Shown: positions 36,593 through 49,742, counted from the first letter of the stretch. The stretch: 64,000 nt of DNA from Zancudomyces culisetae HAW-14-8 (GCA_052426225.1 JBNJNM010000008.1:372001-436000), one strand, 5' to 3'. A program made the numbers and translations. Notes: generated by a model not told the origin, from the letters alone.

Positions 36593-39500
36593 TTATATAA
36601 ATACATCAATGGGAACATAATAGTCAGGTTGATTGATTTTGGGTTCCAAACTCTCACCAGCCAAAAAATCTAGAGGAAAAGGAACCAAGTGTCCACTAAT
36701 TGGTGCCAGCTGTTCAAAAATTGACTTGCTGGTCTCGGTCGGCTGAAGCGCTGTATGCCCATACCCAGATTTCACTGTATCTGTAGATACAAACTTTTTA
36801 TAATCTGCAAAGGTTCTCACCGAATCATCTGGTGTACACTTAAACACGTTTTTGAATATTTCGTGGTTTTTTCTTGCCGACCCATCCCATAGTTCCAAAA
36901 ACTCGTTGGACAATGGATCCATTACTGCCTTACTATGGCTGAAAAAGTTGGGATTCTGATAAAACGATTCCTCATCAAATGCCAATCCCAAATGCTCGTG
37001 ACACAACTTCATCCTTAAGCCATGAGCAAACCTTGTTGCCTGATATGGCTGGGAATCCATAAACGAATCTACACAGTCACCATCCTCAATTATTACGGCA
37101 ATTTCAGAATCACGATTTCCGGCCATCGAACGATCGTTGATATTTGCCGAACCAACCACCGCTATTCTGTCATCCACGATCATCATTTTTGCATGAACAT
37201 ACACTTGCTCAGTAACAAACTTAATAGCAGGAGTAGGTAGGGCTTCTTTAGAAATGGGTTTGTGTAAATTTCCCTCTGCATCCGCAGCTTTTTCCGAAAG
37301 TGATCGACCAGCGTCGTGAATGCTACTTTTAGCCGAACTAGGGATTGAGGGTGGAGTTTGGGCGTGCGTTTTGGTAGTGACAAAGTCATCAAAGTTTATA
37401 TCGATTTCACTTCGGGGAAGATTATTTCCGATGTACAGGTTTTTCACTAAGGAGCTGCGCAAATCAACAGAGGTTTTGTTTCTTTTTGAACTGTTCAATG
37501 TCTGCTTGCGTGAATGTGAATGTGAATGCATCATCCTCTCTGCAACAACAGTACTTGGTCTAGGTGTAGTCGGATTGAATTCTACACCAGCATTCAGGAA
37601 TATATCCCGCTTTGGTCGATCGTAGTCCTCTACATCCGCCAAATTTATTTCTGGAGTACCTGATCCTTCTTCGCTACCCACCGCCCCATCAACTGGCGAT
37701 TCACTGCTACTTTTATCTACACTACTATCCGAGCTGGTGTGGAAACTCTCGGGCGATCCCTTTGAAAAATTAAAAAATGTTTTTGCTTTGAACGCAATAT
37801 AATTCTCTGAAATGACGTTGTGTTTGTTTAGAAATTGAGTAAATGGTTTGTGCCTGTTGAGTAGGAGTAGAGGTTGTTCAGCGTTGTTTGTCTCTTGCAA
37901 CTGCCTGACTTGAATCTTTTTCCCAATTGGTGGGGGTAAGGGCGGATATTGTGCTGCAAGCGGAAGTGAAGGTGGAGGCTGGGATAAAAGAACTGGACTT
38001 GGTGGTACAATTGAAGGCGTTTCTATTTCTGCTAACATTTCAATTCCTGCATTTTTAAGCTCGCCTTCACCGGAACTAATTATCACATCATAGTTCCTCA
38101 ATCCATAAAACATGATATAATCCTCCATTTTGATTCCTTCTGCTTCAAGCATGTGTTTGATGCTATATTGCCCCCTGCATATACTCTGATATTGCTTGGC
38201 CATTATTATCCTCATTGTTGTTGATTCATTTGATGAAACATCTCCTGTGTATGCTGGGTATAACGGAACTAATACTATTATCTTGAACTTGCTTTTCTCT
38301 TTATGTGCTCTAATAATTCTATTGACCATTGCTTGTGCTATTCTATTCTTAACAACCCAATCTGAGTTGCTTGCATTTGATACAAAAAATTGGTTTTCAA
38401 TATATACAACATGCTTTGCATTATCTATAAGTGTACAATATGCTGTATGTATCGAGTTCTCTTTAACACTACCAGTAGACCATTCACATGACGACCTAAT
38501 TACTTGTACTTTACATTTTCCTACTTTTTTGTTTCCATTTCTCATAGCTCTATTAACATACTCGCTCTTCACAGGTATTGGTGTATCCAGGTATGAAAGT
38601 TCCCTGATTGGGTATATCAAAGGCATGTTTTTCCGAAGTATGTACTTGGTTTTCTTTGTAAAATTCCATCTGTTAATAAAATGTCTTGCTATGTCGAGTG
38701 CCGCCTGTCCATTGACTACAACATGTAGGTCATGCCATGGCAGCCTAGGAGTCATCTTCCTATCCACCAATGTCCTTTCATATTCATGTACCTGTGTAAA
38801 ATCTTTTACTCTGGGATTGGAGTAATCTTGTCCATCGTGTATCTGTTTGGTGATAATAAACTTTCTAAGTTCCTCGGAAATATCTACATTTCCCGTCATA
38901 TTATCACTCGCTCTGTGTAGAAAGCTATCCCATCTACCAAAGCATAAATCGATACCGCCAACAAATGCATATTTATTGTCAACAACCACTATTTTTTCGT
39001 GATGACTCCAGAATACTGTTCCTCCCGCGTAATGATCAGGATGGCGCTGAACCACAATGTTTCTATGCAGGGACTCCAATTTCTTTTTGGTATATGCAGA
39101 GTTTATCGGAAGTGAAACTTTCACCTCCTTGTATATCTGTATGTATATTTTGACTCCCTCTTCTGCCTTTCGTTTTAACAATCTGTCCAATCTTGTATCT
39201 TCATGATCAGATGATGGTCTTTTCAAATATATTTCTGGTGATATCCACCATCCAGCTATGTAAATACTATCATTTGCTGCCTCTAGTGTATCACACAGCG
39301 TCCAATAATACTCACCACCATCTACAAAATATTGTGCATCCACACCGGTTCTTTCCGGTGCAAATGATCCAAATCTATGTTTCTTTTTAAAACCCCCAAG
39401 CTGAACTGCCTCTATTATACTATCGTACATTTTTAAAACAAACCCCTCATTATCACTTGATAGTTTGACTGTTTTGATGTTGTTTTCAATTAAAAGCTGG

Positions 39501-40777
39501 TATTTGTCCCTTGGTTTCCATGTCATTTCTTTGTAAGTCACATTGAATTGGGAATCAAACAATATAACCTCACTTGGGGTTATAGAACCAATATAGTCAC
39601 ATATGGCCACAAAAGACTCTCTTACTGCTACCCATTGCATCTTTTTTCGCTTTGTTTTTTTTATAGGAACGCAGGAGTTTACGGATTTCCGCGCTATCTT
39701 CCAATTCATATACCCCTCCCTTCCTTTCCATCCAAGACCTTTATTTAGTGATATTGCACTCAGTTCCAAAAACGCGCACAACTCAACCGAAGGTCTCATA
39801 CCTACATTTTTAAAACAACCCTTCAAATATCTCTCTATACCTTTCGCCAGTGCTTCTAAGCTCTTGTAGAAATCCAAAATACTAGATTCTTTATCCTGCA
39901 TGCCTCTCAGCCACTTCAGTTCTACGTCGTACATTTCTTGTATTGGGAAGTGTGGCAAAGATGGTGCTTTCCCTACGAACCACAGAAGTCGCATTGCTGA
40001 GTATAATTTGAAAAAATCGGCTATTTTTTTGTGCACTATATAATTTAAATCACCATACTTCACGTGTATTTTGATATCCTTTAGACCAAAGCCGTTTTTT
40101 ATATCTTCTATGCTATATCCTCTTTCGACATGCACTTTTACAGCACTAAATACAATCGTAGGCACTTTAACTCCTTCAACTTTTCTTAGATAATAGTAAA
40201 AGGGGGCACTCATTCCCGATTTAAATAGTAGGTCTTGGCCATCGCCATCGCCATCGCCTTTGGGCTTTTTATGTTTTTCCATCCCAACACCAGCACCTAC
40301 TTTCTTTATTCCAACCACTGCATTGTGTTTGGTTTTCGCAATTGCCCCTTTTATTTTTCGACTTAGCTCCTCTATTTGTTTTTCAACACCCTCCATGTCG
40401 AGAGATAACTCGCGAATTGGTTCTATATTATTATTCACATCTTCCTGTGTACTCTGTTTTGGCACTTGTTTTTCTTTCTCTTTTTCTTTCTCCTTTCCTT
40501 TTTCTTTCTGCTTTCCTTTTTCTTTTCTTTTTTCCTTTCCTTTTTCCTTTCCTTTTTCCTTTTTTACCTCCTCTTTCTTTTTAGCAATGAACTTTTCAGA
40601 AATATCGGTTTGATCTTTTTCTTCTTTCTCCCCTCGCGTATCCACAGCTTCTGAGTTGCTGAGTTCCTCTACAATGATTCTGTCTTTTAGGTTCTTCAAC
40701 CGATAATCACCAAAAACATTTTTCTTTTCGGTGGCGAGTGTAATATCCCTGCCCCCAACGATTTCCAGCGGATTCAT
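36593..40777 (-). CDS. Phospholipase D1 (Spo14-like; PX-PH-2xHKD)
   Basis: HHEKIVVVD and VHAKMMIVD HKD motifs, GWWISPEIYLKRP, PRLPWHD, IENQFF and GSANINDRS. Confidence 0.94.
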   Translation of the reverse strand: MNPLEIVGGRDITLATEKKNVFGDYRLKNLKDRIIVEELSNSEAVDTRGEKEEKDQTDISEKFIAKKKEEVKKEKGKEKGKEKRKEKGKQKEKGKEKEKEKEKQVPKQSTQEDVNNNIEPIRELSLDMEGVEKQIEELSRKIKGAIAKTKHNAVVGIKKVGAGVGMEKHKKPKGDGDGDGQDLLFKSGMSAPFYYYLRKVEGVKVPTIVFSAVKVHVERGYSIEDIKNGFGLKDIKIHVKYGDLNYIVHKKIADFFKLYSAMRLLWFVGKAPSLPHFPIQEMYDVELKWLRGMQDKESSILDFYKSLEALAKGIERYLKGCFKNVGMRPSVELCAFLELSAISLNKGLGWKGREGYMNWKIARKSVNSCVPIKKTKRKKMQWVAVRESFVAICDYIGSITPSEVILFDSQFNVTYKEMTWKPRDKYQLLIENNIKTVKLSSDNEGFVLKMYDSIIEAVQLGGFKKKHRFGSFAPERTGVDAQYFVDGGEYYWTLCDTLEAANDSIYIAGWWISPEIYLKRPSSDHEDTRLDRLLKRKAEEGVKIYIQIYKEVKVSLPINSAYTKKKLESLHRNIVVQRHPDHYAGGTVFWSHHEKIVVVDNKYAFVGGIDLCFGRWDSFLHRASDNMTGNVDISEELRKFIITKQIHDGQDYSNPRVKDFTQVHEYERTLVDRKMTPRLPWHDLHVVVNGQAALDIARHFINRWNFTKKTKYILRKNMPLIYPIRELSYLDTPIPVKSEYVNRAMRNGNKKVGKCKVQVIRSSCEWSTGSVKENSIHTAYCTLIDNAKHVVYIENQFFVSNASNSDWVVKNRIAQAMVNRIIRAHKEKSKFKIIVLVPLYPAYTGDVSSNESTTMRIIMAKQYQSICRGQYSIKHMLEAEGIKMEDYIMFYGLRNYDVIISSGEGELKNAGIEMLAEIETPSIVPPSPVLLSQPPPSLPLAAQYPPLPPPIGKKIQVRQLQETNNAEQPLLLLNRHKPFTQFLNKHNVISENYIAFKAKTFFNFSKGSPESFHTSSDSSVDKSSSESPVDGAVGSEEGSGTPEINLADVEDYDRPKRDIFLNAGVEFNPTTPRPSTVVAERMMHSHSHSRKQTLNSSKRNKTSVDLRSSLVKNLYIGNNLPRSEIDINFDDFVTTKTHAQTPPSIPSSAKSSIHDAGRSLSEKAADAEGNLHKPISKEALPTPAIKFVTEQVYVHAKMMIVDDRIAVVGSANINDRSMAGNRDSEIAVIIEDGDCVDSFMDSQPYQATRFAHGLRMKLCHEHLGLAFDEESFYQNPNFFSHSKAVMDPLSNEFLELWDGSARKNHEIFKNVFKCTPDDSVRTFADYKKFVSTDTVKSGYGHTALQPTETSKSIFEQLAPISGHLVPFPLDFLAGESLEPKINQPDYYVPIDVFI

Positions 40778-42800
40778 TATACTCTACATATACTCTCCTA
40801 TGCGAAGTATTGAAGCTTTTCTATTATTATAGAGCTGAACTGTATTATATCTGCTTCGAGGATACAAATTAATTTTGCTCATACACAATCAATTTTAATT
40901 TTTCCTGAGAGTTTTTTGCTTTAAATATTCATCATGCTCCTATAAATAAATTTTTTTAAACAATAAAAAACATTTAAATGGCGTTAACATTGATGTAGCC
41001 AGCTTTTTTTTATAACTTACAAATACCAAACTACACAACCAATGCCTGCCCGTAACTATTATGCTTTTTTTTTAGTCAAATTTCGCAAGTGCATCAAAAG
41101 TTCAGTAATATCGTTTGTTGTTGCCATTGGAAACCTCAGAACCACATCAAGCTCAAAACCAATATATTTTTTTCAATGTAGTACTATTTGGAAAGTATCT
41201 CTTTTTTTCTCATTATTTTAAAGGACGAGGAAGTGTCTCATTAATTTATTTATATAATACAATCAATTTATTCGTCTACAGTAAATGTCTTGAAATGAAA
41301 TTTTTGATTTATCAATAAAAACCATGAAAGCTAGGCACTGCTGGCGAATAAAAACCACTGGAGAAAACGCGGGAGAACAATTAAAGCTGCACAAAAAAAA
41401 AACAACTTTATTGAACATTGCTGCAAAATTGGCAAACCTTTTTGGATTCGTTTATTTTATTTTTTATAATAAACAAAAAGCACTTTGCACACTTTCACAT
41501 AAAATAGCCAAGACATGGCTACTTGGCGATTTGTATCTTAATGCGCCAGAGTCTCAGAGATTTATAAAAAATGTACTTGAATGAAACGCGGAGCAAACAT
41601 ACCTAAGAGATTGGAAAGGCTCAAAAAATTAAAAAGAAAAACTTTTTTGAAGATAAAATCCACAATATCTATATATATTTAAAAGATGATCGTATGGATT
41701 TCCCACTGCTTTTATCAGGTTCTCCAGGAAACTAAAACTAGTTGCGAAAAAAACAAACACAAATGATGAAACGAGAACAGCTGTTAATAGCTGTACTATC
41801 CAGGACTAAGTTTCGCAAACCCATTCACCATTCCCCAAATAAAAAGTATCTTTGCCGTGGGAACTATTCAAAAGGCATCTATAATCTTGGTAAACTATGC
41901 TAACTAAAAGTGGGACAAAAAGTTCAAAATTAAGAAAGCATGGAGAATAAAAAAATATGGGATTTTACAAGTGCGTGATGCAAGGCGATTGCTCAAAAAA
42001 TAATTTATAATAAATAAAAAGTTTATGAAAAGGCAAGTAATTAGCAATTATTATTGGTCTAAATGTCTAATAATATAGAAAGGAGACCTATAGTAGGCAT
42101 TAGATATGAATTAGATGGTTTAACCTCTAATATATAAAGCGCAAGTGAAAAAGCTTTCACTAATTACAAATACAGCAAAAAAATGATGGGCAGATGTTGA
42201 TTATGCCGATTCCCATGTATTATAAATGCTACAGAAATTAAAATAATAGATTTAAATCGCCTAATAATGTACCAATGAGTAGGCGTGATAAATTGCTGAT
42301 AAAATGTGATGATAAAATTAGAATTTAGTTAAGGGGTGTATGCCAGGAAAAACAAAATAGTATTTTTCTGATTTAAAACGGAGATATCATTAAAAGAGGA
42401 TGTTGTTATAATGGAGATTGAAAGTACACGGATATATCACTATAGAAGAAATATACACCCTCTTCGCAGCACATATATCCCGGCTCCCGTTCTCAAGTAT
42501 TCTAAAAGTGAATTACAATTTTATCAATTTCTCACTTTCCCTGCGTTTTTCCTAATGACTATAAACCAGTATCTTGCGCAGGAAATGACAAAATGTATCA
42601 TTTGTACTAATAAGTGCATTTTGTATGACCAAATTCCGCTTATACATAGTATGCTATGCACCGCTTATTATAAAGATGACCAAAAATAAATGTGAAAAAG
42701 TTGGAGCTCTGAGCTATGCGTTCAGGAAACGTGTGGAATAGTTAACAAATGCGAAAAGATAGCAATTGTGTAGTGGATTGAGTTTAAAAGTATAAGGTGG

Positions 42801-42863
42801 AGGGTAGAGGGTAGAGGGTAGAGGGTAGAGGGTAGAGGGTAGAGGGTAGAGGATAGAGTATAG
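42801..42863 (+). repeat. (AGGGTAG)7 plus 2 decaying units, G-quadruplex-capable
   Basis: Seven perfect 7-mers followed by AGGATAG and AGTATAG. Confidence 0.9.
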
Positions 42864-43967
42864 AATACAATGGCTCATGTATGAATTGTTGGGTTTTTAT
42901 AATGTTTGTTATTATGAATGTCTGCCTGCAAGTGGATAGCATAGTTAGTATGTGTATATACAGTAGAATAATATATTCTACTAAACAATTCTGCTGCAGT
43001 GTGTTGTATTCGATTAAAAAAAAGTATGGGTAATTTTAATAGGATCGGCTGTATATACCAAATATTACACTAGAAATGATATAGTATTTAACGTCTATAT
43101 TGATTTTTATACAAGCTAGCATCATGGATGTGTAGATGTGAGTTTACAGCGTAATAGGGGTTTCTACAAGGCTATAAGTGTGTGTTATTAGATACAGTTT
43201 GATAAACGCAGATGGATGGATGGGAATGAATACAAGATATTATGAGTACTAATTATTGAATAAGACATATAACGCATCATCTTACACTTCCCTTTTAATA
43301 ATTACTGATTTACATTCTATACACACTAAATATCCAACTATTGCATATCACATCACATCACATCAATACAATAGATTAGTGCTATCAAATGTATGGTTGT
43401 TAATTAGGAGTAATGTCATTTTGGCTCTTGGAGTCAGGTGAAGTCTGTAACTCAGTATTTGGATTAGTATATTTGTGAAAAGAGAAAAAATAGCCTTAGC
43501 AGAGAAAATGTTGTGTATTTTGAACTGGAGAAAAAAAAATTTTTTTTTGTAGGTTGTTGTTTTTACGAGCTCCGCCAATAAAAAGCCGTTGTTTATACTT
43601 TTTTGTTTTTTTTTGCTGCTTTTCGTCCCTCTTTTTTTGCGCTGTTTTTTGGTTTTACTAGGAAAAAACGCGAGATTCTTTGTGGATTTTCATATTCATT
43701 CCTTTGAATACAAATCTCTAATTCTTTTACCTCAAACACAAAAGCGTGAATAATAAACATCAAAAGGTAAAAAAAATAGTACCTGGATCAGATTATTGCG
43801 ACCAACGGAGGTGGAAACAAAAGGAAATACGAGAGCACAAAGAAAAATATAAGCGCAAATCCTGATAACATCTAATATACAAAAGTCAAGATAAGTGCAA
43901 GTGCAAGTGCAAAGCCAGATACACAAACTAACATACCAACACACCAACCCATCAACATACCCTGAAG

Positions 43968-46900
43968 ATGGATACAAATGTTAATATCTCACAAGAATGG
44001 CTTAAAGTGGGAAGAAGGATTGTGGACCAAGCTGTAGAAGAAAAACGAAAAGAACCAAATTTGGATGTACTTCTCACTAGTTCCAGTTCTTGTGATTACT
44101 CAGAACCATTGGCATACAATTGGGAAGGCTTTAAAACAGAAAAAATGACTCAACTTCCGAAATCAATAATCAACAAATACGACTTAAAAGAAAGCCGATG
44201 TTTTATGGGACTATTTCCACAGATTAAACGGGCGTATATTACCATTGATCATAGATTATTTTTGTGGGAATATGAGGAGGGGAAAGAGGTATATACATAT
44301 GAAGATCAGGAACAAGTGATAACATGTGTGGGGCTTGTCCCAGCAAAGCAGGGAGTGTTTGGTGAAGAAATCAAACATGTTTTGGTAATTGTGACGCCTT
44401 TGGAAGTATTTTTGCTTGCACTTGAGTACAAGGAACACGGGGGCACAGGAAAATCAGGAGAAATCAAATTATATGAAACAAATTTAAGAATAAACACCAA
44501 CAACATAGGAATAACCTCGATAGTTGGTAGCAAAAATGGACGAATATTTTTGGGAGGGACGGATGGAAATGTATATGAAATTGAGTACCAAGCTAATGAA
44601 GGATGGCTTACAAAAAAGATACGAATGATCAACAAAAGTCAAACAATGATAGAAAGTTATGTCCCAGCAATGTTTAAAATAAATAACAAAGTTACAACAG
44701 CATCACTTTTATTGGATGATGATAGAGGAATACTATATAAACTAGGAGAGGATAGTAGTATTGAGTTGGTATATTTGGGAAACAACAGAGATGAGTATAA
44801 TATGGTGATAAAAAATGAAAACATTTATAGTACAGGGTCAATAATGTGTCCAGTATTTGCAAGGAAAAATGCAAAGAATTTTAAAATCATTAAATTGTTT
44901 ACTATAAACGGAAACAACAAAATAAACCTGGTAGGGTTAACATCAAAGGGAGATCGAATATATTTCTCAGTATACTCAAGAATGGACCGAATCTATAGTA
45001 ATGGCCAACAACGGCAACAACCAAAGACATTGGAACTGATTCATATTCGATTAGATCAAGAGGATCGAAATATATCCCGGGGATTTGTGGGAAACAAAGA
45101 GTTTATATGTGCAGCATTGGAAGGAACAGAGTCAATGTTGATATCTGGGTTTGAGGATCCAATCAAAATGAGACAACATGTTGTTAGTAATGGTAAAACA
45201 AGCCTAGTTGAGTATAGATTTATTACAAAACTATTTGGAGCGGCATGGGATGTGGTAGAAATGATTCCTAATTATAAGTACGGTATCCTGACCAATAATG
45301 GGGTGGTGATTTTGAATAAGAAACAAACGTTGGATATGGTGATATGGATTATAAGTAGCGGAAATGCACAGGATAGAGTGGTGGTAAGGCTGGTAGAAGA
45401 ATTTGGAGTAACAGAGCTATTGAAAATGATGGTAGAGATTATAACCATGAAGGAGATAGAGAGACAAAGACGCGGAGTCGGATACAAAAGTTTGATAAGT
45501 GTAAAGGATATATTTTATGGGAATTACGAAGGAGTATATAGTGGAAATTTGGGACCCCAGGTTGAAGGGATAGCAAAGTATATAGCAGAGCTTGTTATGG
45601 GCATTTGGGAAAGCAAAGTGTTTAATGGTACAGATATGCCAAAACTAAAAGCGATTCAAAACAAATTAAATGGATTACAAGATATAATAACAGATGGGAA
45701 CAAACTTGGGAGTATTCAAGGAGAGTTTATGCAAGCATTGAGAATAGTCAATAATATGATAATTCAGAGCATTGATTTTATAGAAATCATTGATAAAAAC
45801 AAGAATCTAGCTAATCAAACCAAAGAAATGGAGAGATTACAAGCAATTAGTTTTAAAGAACTAGTATCAAACAAAGAAACAAAAGAGAACATTATGCAAA
45901 TGCTAATCAGTATGACTAGTAGTGTTACAACTGCAACCAATGATGGGCTTCGGATAAGTCAAAGTTTAGAATCAAAGTGTAGCGATTATATCAACGTCAG
46001 AGAATTGAAATTGATTCGAGCACTTGAATACTTGGCTGTAGCAAAGGGAATATTTGCAGAGAAACAAGGAGGAAGTATTAGCAGGAATGTTAAAGAGGTA
46101 CAAGCATTGGTGGAAGAAAGTGCACAATTGCTTAAGGATAGTGCCAAACTTTTAGGAAATGATAGGTTTGAGTATGTTATAGATGAGATGGTTAGTATAG
46201 GACACGAAAACAGTGCAGTATATTTATGTTTACAGAGTGGAGTAGGAGAGTCGGATAAGATATGGCAGAATCAGTGTTATGAAAAGGCAATCAAAATCAT
46301 TGAACCACATTTAGAAGAAAGTAAACAATTGGTTAGCGAAATACTGAATGGGGATAATGAGGAATTTAAAACAAAGTTTTGTGACTATTTGTTGGGAAAA
46401 AGTAAGGTTTCAAACAGATTTGAAAAGTATCTGATCGAGAACAACAGTTTGTCAGTACGGAGGTACTTGGAAAGTGGCAATATGGTGGATAGGAAACTGC
46501 TTTTATGGAAATATTTAGTATATAATTCAGAATTTCGTGAAGCATCAAAAGTGCTTGAGGAGCTGGCATCAGATGAAACAAGCTCAATGGGTTTAAATAA
46601 CAGAATCGAGTTGCTAAGTATAGCTGCAAATTGTATCAAATCATCAAATGATTCTACTTTGAATGGAAGTCTTGAAGAATTAAATGCCAAGAAAGAAGCA
46701 GCCATTATACAATTGGAAATTTTGAATTATTGTGAAGTCAATAATTTACAAGAAAAGGTTCAACAGTTGAACAAAAAGTTTTTGGATATAAACACCCTGT
46801 TCAACGATTTTGCATCACCCCTTAACTTGATAGATCAAATTCTGATGATTTACCGCTTTTCAAACTACTATGATGCTGAGCAGTTGATCCAGATATATTC

Positions 46901-47534
46901 ACACTTGATATTCTCAGAAAACAACTCTTTAAAAGTTACAAGCAAACTATGTTCATTAGCAACAGAATTATATCCTTCAAGATCGAGCTTCCCTATAGAT
47001 ATATTGATCGTATTACTTGGTATATACAAATTCAAGCATACCTCCTTGCCCAACCAAAAATCATTTATTTGCGAGGTTTTATTAAAATGTGGTATCGACT
47101 TGTCAACATTGGTAAACAACTTCAATGCAATTGTAATGTCGTTTATCGATATAATAAACACTAGCAAGCCATCATCTTTGATGCATACACCACGCAGAAA
47201 TACAACAGTCAAGTCATTAGAATCATCAGATTTATCAGGAATCATAAACAAATGTATCTCAGATAATATTATCGGCGATAAGAGAACTGCATCTATTTTG
47301 GACTCATCAGTTGATATATTTAGCATTATATTTGATGAATACTTGCATTTATTATCAGAACATTTTAATTCAGTCGTCTCGGCGCAACCACTGGTTGGTG
47401 ATAGTTGTCGTGGTTCAATAGATGTACTGATGCTAGTTAAGAGTTTATCGAATACATCAAGCATAAAGAACGTTATTCGTGTTGATACGAAATTGCTGGA
47501 AACACTTTTGACAGACTTTCGAACATTTATTTAG
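43968..47534 (+). CDS. Nucleoporin Nup170/Nup157/Nup155 family
   Basis: CFMGLFPQIKRAYITIDHRLFLWEY, VGLVPAKQGVF, GRIFLGG, YEIEYQANEGW and LLWKYL...LNNRIELLS motifs. Confidence 0.88.
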   Translation: MDTNVNISQEWLKVGRRIVDQAVEEKRKEPNLDVLLTSSSSCDYSEPLAYNWEGFKTEKMTQLPKSIINKYDLKESRCFMGLFPQIKRAYITIDHRLFLWEYEEGKEVYTYEDQEQVITCVGLVPAKQGVFGEEIKHVLVIVTPLEVFLLALEYKEHGGTGKSGEIKLYETNLRINTNNIGITSIVGSKNGRIFLGGTDGNVYEIEYQANEGWLTKKIRMINKSQTMIESYVPAMFKINNKVTTASLLLDDDRGILYKLGEDSSIELVYLGNNRDEYNMVIKNENIYSTGSIMCPVFARKNAKNFKIIKLFTINGNNKINLVGLTSKGDRIYFSVYSRMDRIYSNGQQRQQPKTLELIHIRLDQEDRNISRGFVGNKEFICAALEGTESMLISGFEDPIKMRQHVVSNGKTSLVEYRFITKLFGAAWDVVEMIPNYKYGILTNNGVVILNKKQTLDMVIWIISSGNAQDRVVVRLVEEFGVTELLKMMVEIITMKEIERQRRGVGYKSLISVKDIFYGNYEGVYSGNLGPQVEGIAKYIAELVMGIWESKVFNGTDMPKLKAIQNKLNGLQDIITDGNKLGSIQGEFMQALRIVNNMIIQSIDFIEIIDKNKNLANQTKEMERLQAISFKELVSNKETKENIMQMLISMTSSVTTATNDGLRISQSLESKCSDYINVRELKLIRALEYLAVAKGIFAEKQGGSISRNVKEVQALVEESAQLLKDSAKLLGNDRFEYVIDEMVSIGHENSAVYLCLQSGVGESDKIWQNQCYEKAIKIIEPHLEESKQLVSEILNGDNEEFKTKFCDYLLGKSKVSNRFEKYLIENNSLSVRRYLESGNMVDRKLLLWKYLVYNSEFREASKVLEELASDETSSMGLNNRIELLSIAANCIKSSNDSTLNGSLEELNAKKEAAIIQLEILNYCEVNNLQEKVQQLNKKFLDINTLFNDFASPLNLIDQILMIYRFSNYYDAEQLIQIYSHLIFSENNSLKVTSKLCSLATELYPSRSSFPIDILIVLLGIYKFKHTSLPNQKSFICEVLLKCGIDLSTLVNNFNAIVMSFIDIINTSKPSSLMHTPRRNTTVKSLESSDLSGIINKCISDNIIGDKRTASILDSSVDIFSIIFDEYLHLLSEHFNSVVSAQPLVGDSCRGSIDVLMLVKSLSNTSSIKNVIRVDTKLLETLLTDFRTFI

Positions 47535-49742
47535 CTCGGGTTAGTTTGATGTAGTGGGAGTTTATGCAAATACTAAATAAAGGACTATCAAAATTGTATT
47601 TACTTTTTATTTTTATTTTATCATTATTTTGTTTTTATAGGCGTGTTAGAAAGTCAATAGGAGGGATTGTCAGTAGATGAGTGGATATATTTTGATACAA
47701 TATAGCACATGTTTGTTTATATCATTTAAAATGTTTAGGTTGCGCTAAAGAAAATAAATAAATTAATATTGGAGTTATCCTATCAAGCAAGATGGGATGA
47801 ATTTGAATAAGTGTCAGGATATTGAAATGTACATTCAACAAGTGGCATGAGCAATTACAAAAGTGTTAAATATTACAACTAACAAGGTAGCTGATACTGA
47901 TGGTATATCAAGTCAAGTGTACAAAGCGGTGTAAGATGAGGTGGTACTCATTTTAATATGCCTGAAACAATATTATATGGGTATGGACTATCTATACAGG
48001 TAAAGAGCGAATTATCGGGTATACTATGTACAGGATTATTTCCTTGCTAGTGTTTTATGTCTTGTAACTTTTGGGTTGCTTTATATTCGTTTGGTAAAGT
48101 TATTGTACAAAACAAATAGTTAGTGTAAAAGAAATAGGGGGTTGTATATCGTGACAGAGTGATGAACGGATTAAGTTTTAGTAATTAGCATGAACCAAAA
48201 GATTCAGTTAGTAATCGTCAATGATCTAAATATAGTGAGGAAAGAACTAAGAAAAGACTGTGTAAAAAGTATAAAATAATTGGTTGATACATTATTTATC
48301 CTGTATGTATTAAGAGATACATAGGTACTTCAGTAAATAGACATTTTATAAACATTTTTAAGCAACTGAGATATAGCACGATTAATAGAATAAACATTTA
48401 TAATAAAAAGTGTATGAGTGTGTGAACAGTAATATGTCGTCAAACACATTTTATCTCTAGCCTTTTTGATTCTATTAAACTAACTTTTTACCTCATTTAT
48501 TGAGAAACAAAGAACATTGGTTTGTGGCGGTGTTTCCAAGGTTAATATAGAACAATAGCTTTTGAGCCATTTCTGCTATTTGATAAGCGTCTGAAAAAAA
48601 AACGGAGAAAAGAAAAAAAAACGGAAGCCAAAAGAACGAGCTAGTATTAAGCAGCCCTAATACCCTCATATGAAAACTCTTTAGTGGATGCTCGAATAAA
48701 GGGGAAAATAATCGAGAAGGAACTTCAATAGCGTTTTGATGTTAGAAGAAGTGCCTATCTACAAACAAACCGACATTAAGAGAATAAACGTGGTTTGGTA
48801 GAAGAATTACGACTCGGTGTTCTAAAACGATAACGCCAAACAAATTAACGCTTTTAAAAATCATTTCTGAAAAACAATTTAGAACTCTGCCAGTTTTTAT
48901 TTTTAGTTTCTCGCTTTAGGAGTTAATATGCTCAATACAAACAATATCCGATAGTTTCCATAGTAAGTTTGAATTCATCTGGCACAAACCTAACGGGTTA
49001 GTGATATTGTTGGAGAAAGTGATGGAAAAGGTTGAGTAAAAATATGCTGAAACGATATCCTTTTTAAAATAGTTTTTATTTAGGAGGGGGAACATATGCA
49101 GTAAAAGAGGAATTAATGCCAGAGTTTAATGTGGTTATATATTTGTAAAAAAGCAAACTGTTATTTCATAAAAGTTATGATGACCAAAAAAATGTACTCA
49201 GAGAAAAAACGGCGGTGATATGTTCTAAAAAGTAGCGAATAGCAGAATAAGCGCAACTCGAAAATAAGACATGGGGAGGAAGAAGAAATGGCAGTGGTAA
49301 GTCTTATGACAGAAGTATAAAGCAGTTAGGAAAACAAATCAATTAAAATATTAGTGGATCCATTTTTGCTATTGGGCATCAGGATGGGATTTGTAAATGC
49401 AACTTTAATGAATATAATGAAAAAAGAGAACTGTATCTAGATGATTTGTAATCATATACTCACTTGATTTTTGGTAAAAGCAACTCAGATGTGTAATGCA
49501 CTTTTTCAACTTTATAAGTTTCTATTTTTATAAAAATACAATTCAAGTCTTGAGTGTGTACAAAGAAAAACAGAAATGAAGAAAAAAGTATAAATAGTCA
49601 ACAACTTTTCTCAAAAAAAACAAAAACAAGAAAGTATTAATCATAAAACCATCTAGTATTCCATACTAAATACAAAAAGAAAACAATAATACCAATAAGC
49701 TTGGCTAATAGACCAATACAAACCAGAATAAAGGAAACAAAA

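Noticed and set aside
40800-43900. Short ORFs in AT-rich intergenic tracts (also 26-28.9 kb, 32.3-34.9 kb, 47.6-49.6 kb)
   Set aside because: They are low-complexity F/I/L/K-rich translations without motifs or convincing splice structure. No tRNA or rRNA signatures were seen by eye.
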